Shown: positions 9,525-18,551, counted from the stretch's first letter. The stretch: 32,000 nt of DNA from Candidatus Heimdallarchaeota archaeon (GCA_019058275.1 JAHLVW010000094.1:71980-103979), one strand, 5' to 3'. Numbers and translations are program-made. The notes: generated by a model from the letters alone, not told the origin.

Positions 9525-10367
9525 TTAAATTTTAATCTTTGCAAGGAGATTATCAATAATCTTCTCGAAGATTTTTTGCGAATCACAATTTGTAGAAACT
9601 ATTGGTTTACCTGAATCAGCTAAGGGAACAATTTTCGGATCGATAGGGATTGATCCTAGGAAAGGTATTCCAAGTTCTTGAGCTGCTTTCTTTCCACCAT
9701 CCTTACTAAAGATATTAATCTCTTCATCACAATGAGGGCATTTGAATCCGCTCATATTCTCAATAATCCCTAGAACCTTCATACCAACTTTAGCTACAAA
9801 GCTAATTGATTTCTTCACATCAAGTAGTGCAACTTCCTGTGGTGTTGTTACAATAATTACACCATCTGCTCTTGGAATCATTTGTGCAACACTTAGAGGT
9901 TCATCACTTGTTCCGGGGGGTAAATCAATTACTAGAAAATCAAGATGACCCCAATTAACGTCACCAAGAAACTGATTAATTGCTCCCATTTTCAATGGGC
10001 CTCTCCAAATAATTGCGTCCTTTTTATTTTCTAAAAGAAATTCCATGGAAATAATTTTTACACCATCAATTGATTCAACAGGAATCATCTTCTTCTTCTC
10101 TTGATCATAATCAGGTCTTTTATCTTCAAGACCAACCATCTTTGGTACATTTGGACCAGTTATATCAGCATCTAATATGCCGACAGCATGACCTCTCTTA
10201 GCCAAAGATGTGGCAAGGTTTACTGCAATAGTAGTTTTACCAACTCCACCTTTCCCACTAGCTATAACAAAAACATGATCTATGTCCTTCAATGCAGCCA
10301 TTATTTTTGCTTTCATTGGATCTATTACCGGTGCACCAGTTGGTGTCTTAATTTCTTTTTTGTCCAT
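9525..10367 (-). CDS. Mrp/NBP35/ApbC-family Fe-S cluster carrier ATPase
   Basis: Deviant Walker [26 protein letters not shown], and the CPHC cluster-ligand motif. Confidence 0.85.
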   Translation of the reverse strand: MDKKEIKTPTGAPVIDPMKAKIMAALKDIDHVFVIASGKGGVGKTTIAVNLATSLAKRGHAVGILDADITGPNVPKMVGLEDKRPDYDQEKKKMIPVESIDGVKIISMEFLLENKKDAIIWRGPLKMGAINQFLGDVNWGHLDFLVIDLPPGTSDEPLSVAQMIPRADGVIIVTTPQEVALLDVKKSISFVAKVGMKVLGIIENMSGFKCPHCDEEINIFSKDGGKKAAQELGIPFLGSIPIDPKIVPLADSGKPIVSTNCDSQKIFEKIIDNLLAKIKI

Positions 10368-10535
10368 GATTGGTTAAACCAGCATAAGAATTTGAGTAAT
10401 AGGTGATTGCTCCTTCTTTTAAAATTGTCCTCATACATGTTAAAGAAAAGGAGCTAAAATTTCTTATAGAATAAAGAAAGGGCAGAAGATTGAAACTATT
10501 TAGCAATCAGTCTATTAGTATCAAAAGGTTATGAA

Positions 10536-10865
10536 TTAACACCAAGCTATAACTTTCTCATACTTGTCCATTATCAAAGAAATAGTCTCATCATAGTCTA
10601 ATTGTTTTATATCAGGATGAACATTATCTCCATAAATACCTCTGGCTTCAAGATCTTCTTTAATTGCATAAACAGTTATACCAAATTTTGCAGCATCTGC
10701 AATAATGTTCTTTCCTCCTTTCCAACAAGCAAGAGTACTGTCTTGAATAAGAAGAACACCAACATCGTTTCCATGTTCTTTTTGAGTCTTTGTTATGTCA
10801 AGAAGGGTACCTTGTGCTGCGCAAGTATAGATACTTTTTGAAGTTATAAATAGAATTTTAGTCAT
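10536..10865 (-). CDS. dsrH: DsrH/TusB-like sulfur relay protein
   Basis: The LLIQDS..., VYAIKEDLEARG and ...VIAW patterns parallel E. coli TusB. It is the last gene of an E-F-H operon. Confidence 0.7.
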   Translation of the reverse strand: MTKILFITSKSIYTCAAQGTLLDITKTQKEHGNDVGVLLIQDSTLACWKGGKNIIADAAKFGITVYAIKEDLEARGIYGDNVHPDIKQLDYDETISLIMDKYEKVIAWC

Positions 10866-10877
10866 TTCTTGTACCTC

Positions 10878-11237
10878 CTAAAGTGCAATGGTTGCATCAG
10901 CTTGCAAGAGCAATTCACTAAATTCATCAAGAGAAATGATTTTCACTTCTAACTTTGGGTCTAAATCTTCAGGTTTTACTCCTCTTTGTTTTAAGGAGTT
11001 TTCAAAAGCAAATATTGGAATATCATATCTATGCATAGCTTCTAGTGCTCCCATAACAGAATGATGCCCAATGCCATCAGGATTCTGATCCTTAATTAAA
11101 TTAAAGACACCATCATCAATGAAAATGGCATCAGTTTCTACATCTAACACTAATAATCCTTGAGCAACACGAATGCCTTCAAGGCTGTTAATTTGCCCAT
11201 ATGGACCTTTACGGAAAATAACAATTACTTTTTCCAT
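10878..11237 (-). CDS. dsrF: DsrF/TusC-like sulfur relay protein
   Basis: The start is refined to ATG 11237 (MEKVIVIFRKGPYG...) with AAGGAG upstream; the longer track ORF would overlap dsrE. The IFIDDGVFNL pattern is typical of TusC. Confidence 0.7.
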   Translation of the reverse strand: MEKVIVIFRKGPYGQINSLEGIRVAQGLLVLDVETDAIFIDDGVFNLIKDQNPDGIGHHSVMGALEAMHRYDIPIFAFENSLKQRGVKPEDLDPKLEVKIISLDEFSELLLQADATIAL

Positions 11238-11250
11238 TTTTCGTTTCTCC

Positions 11251-11616
11251 TTATGCTGAAAAGATGAGTATACGATCTGCCTCTTCGACAAACTCACTTA
11301 ATGCTCCAAGCCCATCGAATCCAGTTCCTTCTAATAATATGTCCTTACTTTGTGTTCCACGATATTCTGCACAAATAGGACAAGAAACAACTGTAACACC
11401 TTTATCAACTAATTCTTTGAATAGCCCGGCGATATTTCTATCACGGTCATCAGATGGTTTGATGGTGTTAACATTGTTATATACCCCATCTGTATACAGG
11501 TAAATCCCAGTTACTTCATGACCAGTTTTAAGAGCTGCATTAGCTAACTTCAGTACAGTATCAGAATTCTGAAAACTGTATGGGGATGTCATTAATAAAA
11601 ATGCTATTTTACCCAT
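11251..11616 (-). CDS. dsrE: DsrE/TusD-like sulfurtransferase
   Basis: MGKIAFLLMTSPY..., YLYTDGVYN, the conserved Cys in SCPICAEYRG, and GLGALSEF. The ATG at 11616 has GGTGA 5 nt upstream. Confidence 0.75.
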   Translation of the reverse strand: MGKIAFLLMTSPYSFQNSDTVLKLANAALKTGHEVTGIYLYTDGVYNNVNTIKPSDDRDRNIAGLFKELVDKGVTVVSCPICAEYRGTQSKDILLEGTGFDGLGALSEFVEEADRILIFSA

Positions 11617-11781
11617 TTTAGTCACCATATTTTCCTATCAAAAAGAGCTAGGTAGTTAAAGTATAAGTTATACGGTTTAAAAAATAAACCACTAATTTTT
11701 CCTTAGAAAATAAATGCTCAACTTTATTTAAATGTCAAAGAAGAAGAATATAGCTAAGCTTAAATTAAAGCCCTTAGGATT

Positions 11782-12210
11782 TTGATTAAAATGGCTGAAA
11801 CAAAAAGAATGGCTATTGTTGTACATTCTGGTACATTAGATTTAGCCTATCCACCATTAATGCTTGCTGCTGCAGCGGGTGCATCTGATATGGAAGTTGA
11901 TATGTTCTTCACATTTTGGGGATTAAATCTCTTAAAAAAGAAAGGATTAAAAAGAGCAAAACTTTCTGGTGCATGGCGACTTGGTACAGGCATGATGAAA
12001 TTGATGATTAAAAGAACAGGAATGGCTTCTCTACCTGAATTGCTAGAAGCTGTTATTGATACTGGTAAAGTAAGACTCTATGCTTGTACTGCTACAATGG
12101 ATATTATGATGGTTAAAAAAGAACAATTGATACCAGAAGTAACAGGTTTCATGGGAGCAGCTGGATTTTTAGATATTGCTGCAGATTGTGATATACAATT
12201 ATTCATTTAA
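11782..12210 (+). CDS. DsrE2-like protein (DsrE/F-like family, COG2210-type)
   Basis: MAIVVHSGTLDLAYPPLMLAAAAGA...FFTFWGL...LYACTATMD. The ATG at 11791 is more likely than the TTG at 11782. It is divergent from dsrEFH and upstream of tusA. Confidence 0.6.
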   Translation: MIKMAETKRMAIVVHSGTLDLAYPPLMLAAAAGASDMEVDMFFTFWGLNLLKKKGLKRAKLSGAWRLGTGMMKLMIKRTGMASLPELLEAVIDTGKVRLYACTATMDIMMVKKEQLIPEVTGFMGAAGFLDIAADCDIQLFI

Positions 12211-12222
12211 GGTGAAAGCAAA

Positions 12223-12465
12223 ATGTCTGATATGCCCACTCCAGACAAAACACTTGATGCTCGTGGATTCCAATGTCCTATGCCAATTTTAAAGGCTAAG
12301 AAAACCATCCAAAGTATGAAAACAGGACAAATTCTTGAAGTTCTTTCTGAAGATCCTGGATCAAAAGAAGATTTTCCACGATGGGCAAAACGTACAGGTA
12401 ATGAATTACTAGGTATTTTTGATGAAGAAGATTATACTCGTTATTTCATAAAGAAGACAGTATAA
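12223..12465 (+). CDS. tusA: TusA/SirA-family sulfur carrier
   Basis: LDARGFQCPMPILKAKK carries the CPxP active-site motif. 80 aa. AGGTGA ribosome-binding site. Confidence 0.8.
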   Translation: MSDMPTPDKTLDARGFQCPMPILKAKKTIQSMKTGQILEVLSEDPGSKEDFPRWAKRTGNELLGIFDEEDYTRYFIKKTV

Positions 12466-12561
12466 ACATCTTCTATACCGTTTTTTCTATTTTTTAAGGT
12501 TAAAAATAAGTGGAATTTGAGCTTTAATCAAACACTCATTTATACCAAAAAAACGGTAAAC

Positions 12562-12569
12562 TTTAAAAA
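12562..12569 (+). promoter_or_regulatory. TATA-box-like element upstream of the 5S rRNA locus
   Basis: TTTAAAAA lies about 25-30 nt upstream of the start of the processing helix (12590-12596), which is appropriate spacing for an archaeal TATA to transcription start site. Confidence 0.4.
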
Positions 12570-12595
12570 GTGAAGATTACTCGAAAGACTACGCA

Positions 12596-12744
12596 GAAAC
12601 TCATCGCCGGAAGTTAAGCCTTCATACGTTATGTTAATTACTGATCTGAGCGATCGTTCGGGAACAACATAAAGCTGCGTCTCGACGCGGTCAAAGCTGG
12701 AGGGTAACACCCGGACTCGTCCGATCCCGGAAACGATGAGTTTC
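12596..12744 (+). rRNA. 5S rRNA encoded in circularly permuted order, including the leader/trailer processing helix
   Basis: 12613-12681 is the 3' two-thirds of a 5S rRNA (GTTAAGCC loop C half, helix V, helix IV hairpin, GGGAA, 3' strand of helix I). 12682-12683 is a TC linker. 12684-12732 is the 5' third (GACGCGGTCAAAGCTGGAGGGTAACACCCGGACTCGTCCGATCCCGGAA). The flanks GAAACTCATCG (12596-12606) and CGATGAGTTTC (12734-12744) are perfectly complementary. The helices are detailed in findings. Confidence 0.7.
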
Positions 12745-12809
12745 GTGCTATCAGACTTTCATTATCTCTTTAACTATTAGAAAATAAAATTTGGATGAGA
12801 TTGTCTTAG

Positions 12810-13163
12810 TTAAGACTCATCCTCAACATCAAAAGCAATTTTGCCAGCTTCTTTAGTAAATAATGAAAAATCTATTGTATGTTTGCCTAGTTCTAATTTT
12901 CCACTCACTTTAAAAGTAAAAGTGTCCCCCTTGGTCAATTTAAAGGGATTCTCTTCTGATATACTATCCAAATTTATCTCTTTTTCATTGACAATAACTT
13001 TGATTTTACTAGCATCAAATTCCTTTTCATCAATTTTCAAAGGATCTAAACCAATAATTGTTGCAGGATAAATGGTGTTCAATAATTGAAATGAGATTTC
13101 TTCTCCCTCTTGTTTTAAGCTTCCTTTTAGATAGAGTTTCTTCAACATAAATTTTGGAATCAT
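12810..13163 (-). CDS. Hypothetical protein, 117 aa
   Basis: Clean ORF with coding-like composition and predicted beta-rich sequence. No recognisable motifs. Confidence 0.4.
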   Translation of the reverse strand: MIPKFMLKKLYLKGSLKQEGEEISFQLLNTIYPATIIGLDPLKIDEKEFDASKIKVIVNEKEINLDSISEENPFKLTKGDTFTFKVSGKLELGKHTIDFSLFTKEAGKIAFDVEDES

Positions 13164-13291
13164 TGTACTAACTCTCCAAATATCTAAACTAATTAAACAA
13201 TACTACTAGTTTTTAATTTATCGTAATTCTAGATTTTACCTCCGAAGAAATCTTATATAATAAAGCAATATTAACGATTAGTCATTACTGG

Positions 13292-14347
13292 TTGGTTTTA
13301 TTCATAATGAGAAGGACTAAATTTCATTTGCTTTCATTTCTTCTTGTTATTTTTGTATTTGGTAGTTTCATCATTAACTTTCTTCCCATTACAGCATCTC
13401 ATGAATCCCTTCATCCCATAAGTAAGAAAGCCAATACATTAACAATAGTAACCTCAATTTCAATTGTAGCTGATTTTGCATCAAAAATAGGAGAAGGTAT
13501 TTTCACAGTTGAAAGTATAGTTACTGGTAATGAGAATCCACATATTTATGAACCTAGTCCTTTGGAGATTCAAATGGTAGCTGAATCTGATTTATTTATC
13601 AGGTTTGGACTTGAAGGATTAGAACCATGGGTTCAATCAGTTGTAGATGTAAATCTTGGTATAAAAGTACTGGAACTTGTTAACAGCTCGATGATTGAAT
13701 TTGATTCATTGATAAATGCTGATAACCCCCATGTTTGGATGAATCCTAATAATGTAAAAACAATGGCAAGTATGATTTATCAACAAGTTTCACTTTTAGA
13801 TCCAGAAAATATTGCAACATTTAATACTAATCTCAATAACTACTTGAGTAATTTAGATTCTTTATTATCAAGAATTGAGGATGCTAAGGTGGATATGGAT
13901 GGAATGAAAGTTGTTGTCCATCATCCTTCTTTCAAGTATCTATTTGATTTGCTAGGAATTATTCGAGTTGGTGCAATTGAAGAGAGAGAAGGTTCTGAAC
14001 CTTCACCAGATCATATTCAAAAGATAATGTCTGACATAGAGACTGAGAATGTTAGTTTAATTGTGAATCAACCACAGTTGGAGGAGGAAACTGTAAATCA
14101 AATTGCAAGAGAAACAGGGATAAAGATAGTGGATCTAACTCCTTTACTGGGAGTTTTTGGTCTTAATTCATACATTGCTATGATTGATTACAATCTAATA
14201 GCATTGAAAAATCCATTTGAACCCCCCAAAGTAAATATTGATTTGCCATTTTGGTTTTTGGTTAGTTTTGGAATTACAATTATCTTATCATATATATTAT
14301 TCATCATTGTAGTTAGGTATCGACATTCAAGGTCGTTGCTAGTGTAA
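13292..14347 (+). CDS. Metal (Zn/Mn/Fe) ABC transporter substrate-binding protein, ZnuA/TroA family, membrane anchored
   Basis: NPHIYEPSP, DNPHVWMNP and HHPSFKYL motifs of cluster-9 binding proteins. It has an N-terminal signal/anchor helix and an additional C-terminal TM helix. The ATG at 13307 is more likely than the TTG at 13292. Confidence 0.75.
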   Translation: MVLFIMRRTKFHLLSFLLVIFVFGSFIINFLPITASHESLHPISKKANTLTIVTSISIVADFASKIGEGIFTVESIVTGNENPHIYEPSPLEIQMVAESDLFIRFGLEGLEPWVQSVVDVNLGIKVLELVNSSMIEFDSLINADNPHVWMNPNNVKTMASMIYQQVSLLDPENIATFNTNLNNYLSNLDSLLSRIEDAKVDMDGMKVVVHHPSFKYLFDLLGIIRVGAIEEREGSEPSPDHIQKIMSDIETENVSLIVNQPQLEEETVNQIARETGIKIVDLTPLLGVFGLNSYIAMIDYNLIALKNPFEPPKVNIDLPFWFLVSFGITIILSYILFIIVVRYRHSRSLLV

Positions 14348-14371
14348 AATAACTTAAAAGAATAAAATAAG

Positions 14372-15433
14372 GTGCATTTAGGAGAATTAATAAGATTGCC
14401 AACAATAATTGAATTCTTTGAAGCATTTCGATTTTCATTTATGAGAAATGCATTCTTCTCAGCAATAATCATCGGTATAGTTTGTTCGGTGATAGGTGTT
14501 TTCGTGCTTCTTAGAGGGATGGTGTTTCTTGGTCAAGCTATTGCTCACTCAGCTTTTGCTGGAGCTGCGCTAGCAATCCTAATTAATTTTGATCCCATTA
14601 TTTCAATTATGGGATTTTCACTTATTTCTGCGTTAGGTATTGGATTTGTTAACCAAAGAAAGGTAATGAAAGATGAAGTAATCATTGGTGTGGTGTTTTC
14701 CTTCTTCATGGCTCTTGCAGTGCTATTTATAGGGTTACATGGTGAGTATAGTTCCGATATTAATTCTATTCTCTTCGGTAACATACTCCTTGTTGATACT
14801 GCCGATTTTATCCTCCTAGGAGTTTTTTCAATAGTAATACTACTAATAATTTTTTCAATCAAAAAAGAATTATATTTTATCACTTTTAATTCAGAACTTG
14901 CACAGATATCTGGTGTCCCTGTAAATCTTCTTAGTTATGTTTTTCTAGTTGCTGTATCATTTACAATATCTGTTTCGTTAAAAGCGATTGGCGCAATTTT
15001 GGTTTTTGCTATGATAGTAACCCCAGCAGCAGCAGCGTACCAATGGACCTTTAAATTGAACAAGATGATAACTCTTTCAGCTATTTTCGGTGTTTTTTCA
15101 TCGATTTTTGGTTTATTCTTCTCATATTTGCTAGACATTCCTTCTGGAGCAACAATAGTATCGTTAGTGACAATCATCTTCATAATTTCCTTTATTTTCT
15201 CTCCTAAAAGACGTTCAATGAAAAAAGCTATTACTGAGTGTCCTTTCTGTAAAGATTTCATTACAGAAGAAGGTCGTTGCAAAAATCCAAAATGTGCTTT
15301 TAATGATGTGCCACATTCACATGATCATGAAAGAATTGACATCCGTAAAGATAATTTGCCGCATAAGGAATCCACTATTCATGATCATGATGATTTGAAC
15401 GATGATACAAACAACAAAACTGGAGGTAATTAA
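14372..15433 (+). CDS. Metal ABC transporter permease (ABC-3/ZnuB/TroCD family) with a Cys/His-rich C-terminal extension
   Basis: Multi-TM protein with the LLRGMVFLGQAIAHSAFAGAA pattern. The tail contains CPFC...CKNPKC and HSHDHE...HDHDD. GTG start. Confidence 0.8.
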   Translation: MHLGELIRLPTIIEFFEAFRFSFMRNAFFSAIIIGIVCSVIGVFVLLRGMVFLGQAIAHSAFAGAALAILINFDPIISIMGFSLISALGIGFVNQRKVMKDEVIIGVVFSFFMALAVLFIGLHGEYSSDINSILFGNILLVDTADFILLGVFSIVILLIIFSIKKELYFITFNSELAQISGVPVNLLSYVFLVAVSFTISVSLKAIGAILVFAMIVTPAAAAYQWTFKLNKMITLSAIFGVFSSIFGLFFSYLLDIPSGATIVSLVTIIFIISFIFSPKRRSMKKAITECPFCKDFITEEGRCKNPKCAFNDVPHSHDHERIDIRKDNLPHKESTIHDHDDLNDDTNNKTGGN

Positions 15434-15435
15434 AA

Positions 15436-16203
15436 ATGGCTATAAAAACAACTCCAGAGATAGCTGAAATGGTTGAAAATAAACCAATAATCTGCTTTAA
15501 GGATGTAGCAATAGCTTTCCAAACTAATGTTGCTCTATTTGATGTTAATTTAGATATATTTCAAAATGATCTCTTTGGAATTTGTGGACCTAATGGCTCT
15601 GGTAAGAGTACTTTATTGAAAGCAATTGTTGGTAGCGTAGAACCATTTAGAGGTCACGTTAAGGTATTTAGAAAAGATATTTCAAAAGGAAATATTAGGC
15701 ATATAAAATCAAAAATAGGTTACCTGCCACAGAAAGAGAACATTGATAGGAATTTTCCGGCATTGGTAAGAGATGTAGTTGGAATGGGATTATTCTCACA
15801 AGTAGGATTTTTCAAGAAATTGTCTAAAGAGGACAATGATAAAATTCATCAAGCATTAGAAATCGTTGAAATGGAAAACCTTGATATGAGACCAATTGGC
15901 CATCTTAGTGGTGGACAACAACAGAAAGCTATGATTGCTCGAGGAATAGTGAATAATCCAGAGATTTTACTTATGGATGAACCTTTCAGTGCTCTTGATT
16001 TTAAAGTAGAGCAAAGTATTATGCATCTAATTAAAAAAATCCACGATGAAACCAATGTCACCATCGTTATGATAACACATAGTATTAATTTCATTAAACA
16101 ATACTGTAATAGAGCTGCATGTTTAGACAGAAGGATAATTTGGAGTGGCAATCCAAAAGAACATGATTTTGATGATGTAATCAAAAGAGTATTCTTTCAC
16201 TAA
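15436..16203 (+). CDS. Metal ABC transporter ATP-binding protein (ZnuC/TroB-like)
   Basis: Walker A GPNGSGKST, signature LSGGQQQ, Walker B LLMDEP, H-loop ITHS. GGAGGT ribosome-binding site. Confidence 0.85.
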   Translation: MAIKTTPEIAEMVENKPIICFKDVAIAFQTNVALFDVNLDIFQNDLFGICGPNGSGKSTLLKAIVGSVEPFRGHVKVFRKDISKGNIRHIKSKIGYLPQKENIDRNFPALVRDVVGMGLFSQVGFFKKLSKEDNDKIHQALEIVEMENLDMRPIGHLSGGQQQKAMIARGIVNNPEILLMDEPFSALDFKVEQSIMHLIKKIHDETNVTIVMITHSINFIKQYCNRAACLDRRIIWSGNPKEHDFDDVIKRVFFH

Positions 16204-16205
16204 TT

Positions 16206-17498
16206 TCATGGAAATGCTGATTTCAAGAATTCAATTACGTGCTTAGAAGAGATTTTCGATTCACCTCGAGTTCGAGGACTGAAAACAAAACCAACCCTTC
16301 CAACTTTTGTTTCTTTTTTAGATGAATGCTTCATTAATTCAAACATAACTTTGTATCCTTTAGCTCGAAATCCTTCTGGATTTGCTTTAATGATTTTTCT
16401 CGAGTAATCAGTTTCTCCGCCAAAAAAACCACTCATTACATCTCCACAACTAGCAGAACGATGGATCCAATGTGAGAATTTTCCTATAACACTTGCTCCC
16501 CAAGAAATCAATCTTCTAGTGAATGGCCAATCAGGAATCTCATCACGCTCACCAGCAACATAATGATATCCTTCTTGAAGTCTCGCAACTATTTCACCAA
16601 CCTTTTCTGGAGGATGTTGAAAATCACAGTCCATTACAACATAGTATTTTGTATCTGCCATTTTAATTGCATCAAGAACACTGATAGTTAGTCCATGGAT
16701 GGGTTCATCTTCACGATCAAGTAATTGTACACCTGGATTTTTTTCATGAAACTCTCTTACTTGTTCACGAGTACCATCAACAGAACCATCATCAGCAACA
16801 ATAATCTTTATTCCCTGATACTTTTCTGTAAGGACTTCCAATAATGGACCAATATTTTCCCCTTCATTAAACGTTGGAGTAATTACTGTTACATCGCTGA
16901 AATCAATATCTCGAGGAATAATAATTGGTTGTTCTGGAAGTTCTTCAGCAACCTCAAATGTCCAAACCTCATTCCAAATATAGTTCCAAAATACTGTTAT
17001 AACAAATGCTACAGCGCTTGCAGGGACAGTGGCCCATCTATCGCTATGAATGACCAATAGGAATGCTGTTTTGAATGCTGTAGTAAGAAGATATTTCAGA
17101 ATGGCTCCAGAACCACCTACAATAGCGTATTTAAGAAATTGAGTCGTAACTCTCTCAGTTTTTGCTTTGCCAAAGGTCCAATATCTATTGAGAAGATAAT
17201 TTGAGATTGTAGCAGCTCCAATGCCCATGGCTATAGCAACTAAATCAATGATAGTAAAACTAAAAATCCAAATTTGATGATTATATTCCAAAACACTTGA
17301 GTCAAATCTGTACATAATAAATTCAGTTAAGTTTAATGCAGCTAGATTTACACCTAAACCAATCAAAGAAACTATAGAGAATTTTAGCAATCTTTTTCTA
17401 AATCCTTCTCTTAATCGACCAAACCTCTTTTGTAATCCTGAGGTACCCTTCTCTTTTTCCTGCTCGTTCTCCTCTAAAGTAACATTTTCCTTATTCAA
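16206..17498 (-). CDS. GtrA-like membrane domain fused to a GT2 polyprenol-phosphate glycosyltransferase (Dpm1-like)
   Basis: The N-terminal four-TM GtrA pattern includes NYLLNRYWTF. The C-terminal part has VITPTFNEGENI, IIVADDGSVDGT and VVMDCDFQHPP. Confidence 0.8.
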   Translation of the reverse strand: MNKENVTLEENEQEKEKGTSGLQKRFGRLREGFRKRLLKFSIVSLIGLGVNLAALNLTEFIMYRFDSSVLEYNHQIWIFSFTIIDLVAIAMGIGAATISNYLLNRYWTFGKAKTERVTTQFLKYAIVGGSGAILKYLLTTAFKTAFLLVIHSDRWATVPASAVAFVITVFWNYIWNEVWTFEVAEELPEQPIIIPRDIDFSDVTVITPTFNEGENIGPLLEVLTEKYQGIKIIVADDGSVDGTREQVREFHEKNPGVQLLDREDEPIHGLTISVLDAIKMADTKYYVVMDCDFQHPPEKVGEIVARLQEGYHYVAGERDEIPDWPFTRRLISWGASVIGKFSHWIHRSASCGDVMSGFFGGETDYSRKIIKANPEGFRAKGYKVMFELMKHSSKKETKVGRVGFVFSPRTRGESKISSKHVIEFLKSAFP

Positions 17499-17600
17499 CT
17501 GTAAGCACCTGGTGGTTTAGTAAAGATATCAAGCTAGCTAATATGATATTTTAATTATATTATTAAAACTATTCAATAAAAACAAAACTTCACTAAAGCA

Positions 17601-18434
17601 TTAAACTTTTTTAGCAATTTTAAACAACTCATCATAAGCTACAAGTTGTCTATTAATGATCTGTTTTGAGTGAATCCAAATACCAAAATATGTTTCGCGT
17701 GGAAAAAGTGGAAGAATGATTGCAGACTCACCGTTATCAGAGATAATGATGCCTACATAATCAATAATAGAACCTATTTGTCTAATGATATTTACAAATT
17801 TTAGATTGGGTTTCATACTAATTGGAACATCAACAGTAAAATGATCGAAGCCAAGTTCACTATAAAGCTCAGGCTTCATACTTGAAGCAACACGTGAAAG
17901 TTGACTAAAAGTCATCGACCTAAGTTTTACACCCCTTTCCTTTAATTCCTCAATTTCATCCTTGAACAGAGCAAGAGTTTTAGCACTCATAGCTACTGAA
18001 AGCTCCTTCCTTACATTCTGTATAAGTCCTTTAACAATTCGTTTAAAGGCACTCAATCCATTAAAAGGTGATATTTCTCCAACAAATGATGGAGCAGTTA
18101 ATTCAGAGAGATGATCAAGACCAGTCTTTAGATTGTTTTCTAGTTCTCGATTTTCTTCTTGAATTCTTCGAACAATAATATCAGGTGAGTAGATTGTGTA
18201 TTGAACTGGACGAGTTTTAGAATGCTGCTTTATCAAATTCTTTCTCAATAAACTTTCAAGTGTCTGGTATACCTTTGGTAAAGGTACATCTGTATGACTA
18301 TGTATGTCCTTAACAGTAGAGGTTCCAATAGCTGTAAGTATCGCTAAAACTTGTGACTCGTATTTAGGAAATCCAATATTCATAAACGCATCTACTGTTG
18401 GTTCTAATTTCTTTTTAATGTCCTCTGAACTCAT
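17601..18434 (-). CDS. TrmB-family transcriptional regulator
   Basis: N-terminal wHTH (GFPKYESQVLAILTAIGTSTVKDI...VPLPKVYQTLESLLRKNLI), a coiled-coil linker, and a C-terminal effector-like domain. Confidence 0.7.
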   Translation of the reverse strand: MSSEDIKKKLEPTVDAFMNIGFPKYESQVLAILTAIGTSTVKDIHSHTDVPLPKVYQTLESLLRKNLIKQHSKTRPVQYTIYSPDIIVRRIQEENRELENNLKTGLDHLSELTAPSFVGEISPFNGLSAFKRIVKGLIQNVRKELSVAMSAKTLALFKDEIEELKERGVKLRSMTFSQLSRVASSMKPELYSELGFDHFTVDVPISMKPNLKFVNIIRQIGSIIDYVGIIISDNGESAIILPLFPRETYFGIWIHSKQIINRQLVAYDELFKIAKKV

Positions 18435-18551
18435 TTTTTCTCAACTCTGTCAGAACCAGTTATGGAGATCTGGTTTGTTCTTTAGATAATTTTATATACT
18501 CTGAGTATATAATTTTTATTGTTGGCATAGCAATTCTAATACTAATTAGAA

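Noticed and set aside
12596-12744. Alternative readings of the GC-rich block: two decayed fragments of a tandem 5S pair, or a different structured RNA (SRP or RNase P fragment)
   Set aside because: All five 5S helices pair between the two blocks with conserved loop motifs (GAAGTTAAGCC, GGGAA). The break is bracketed by an exact CCGGAA duplication and a perfect 11-bp flank helix, and a TATA box sits at the right distance. Random decay of a tandem pair would not be expected to preserve this. The fragment hypothesis still needs the genome-wide check listed in the finding.
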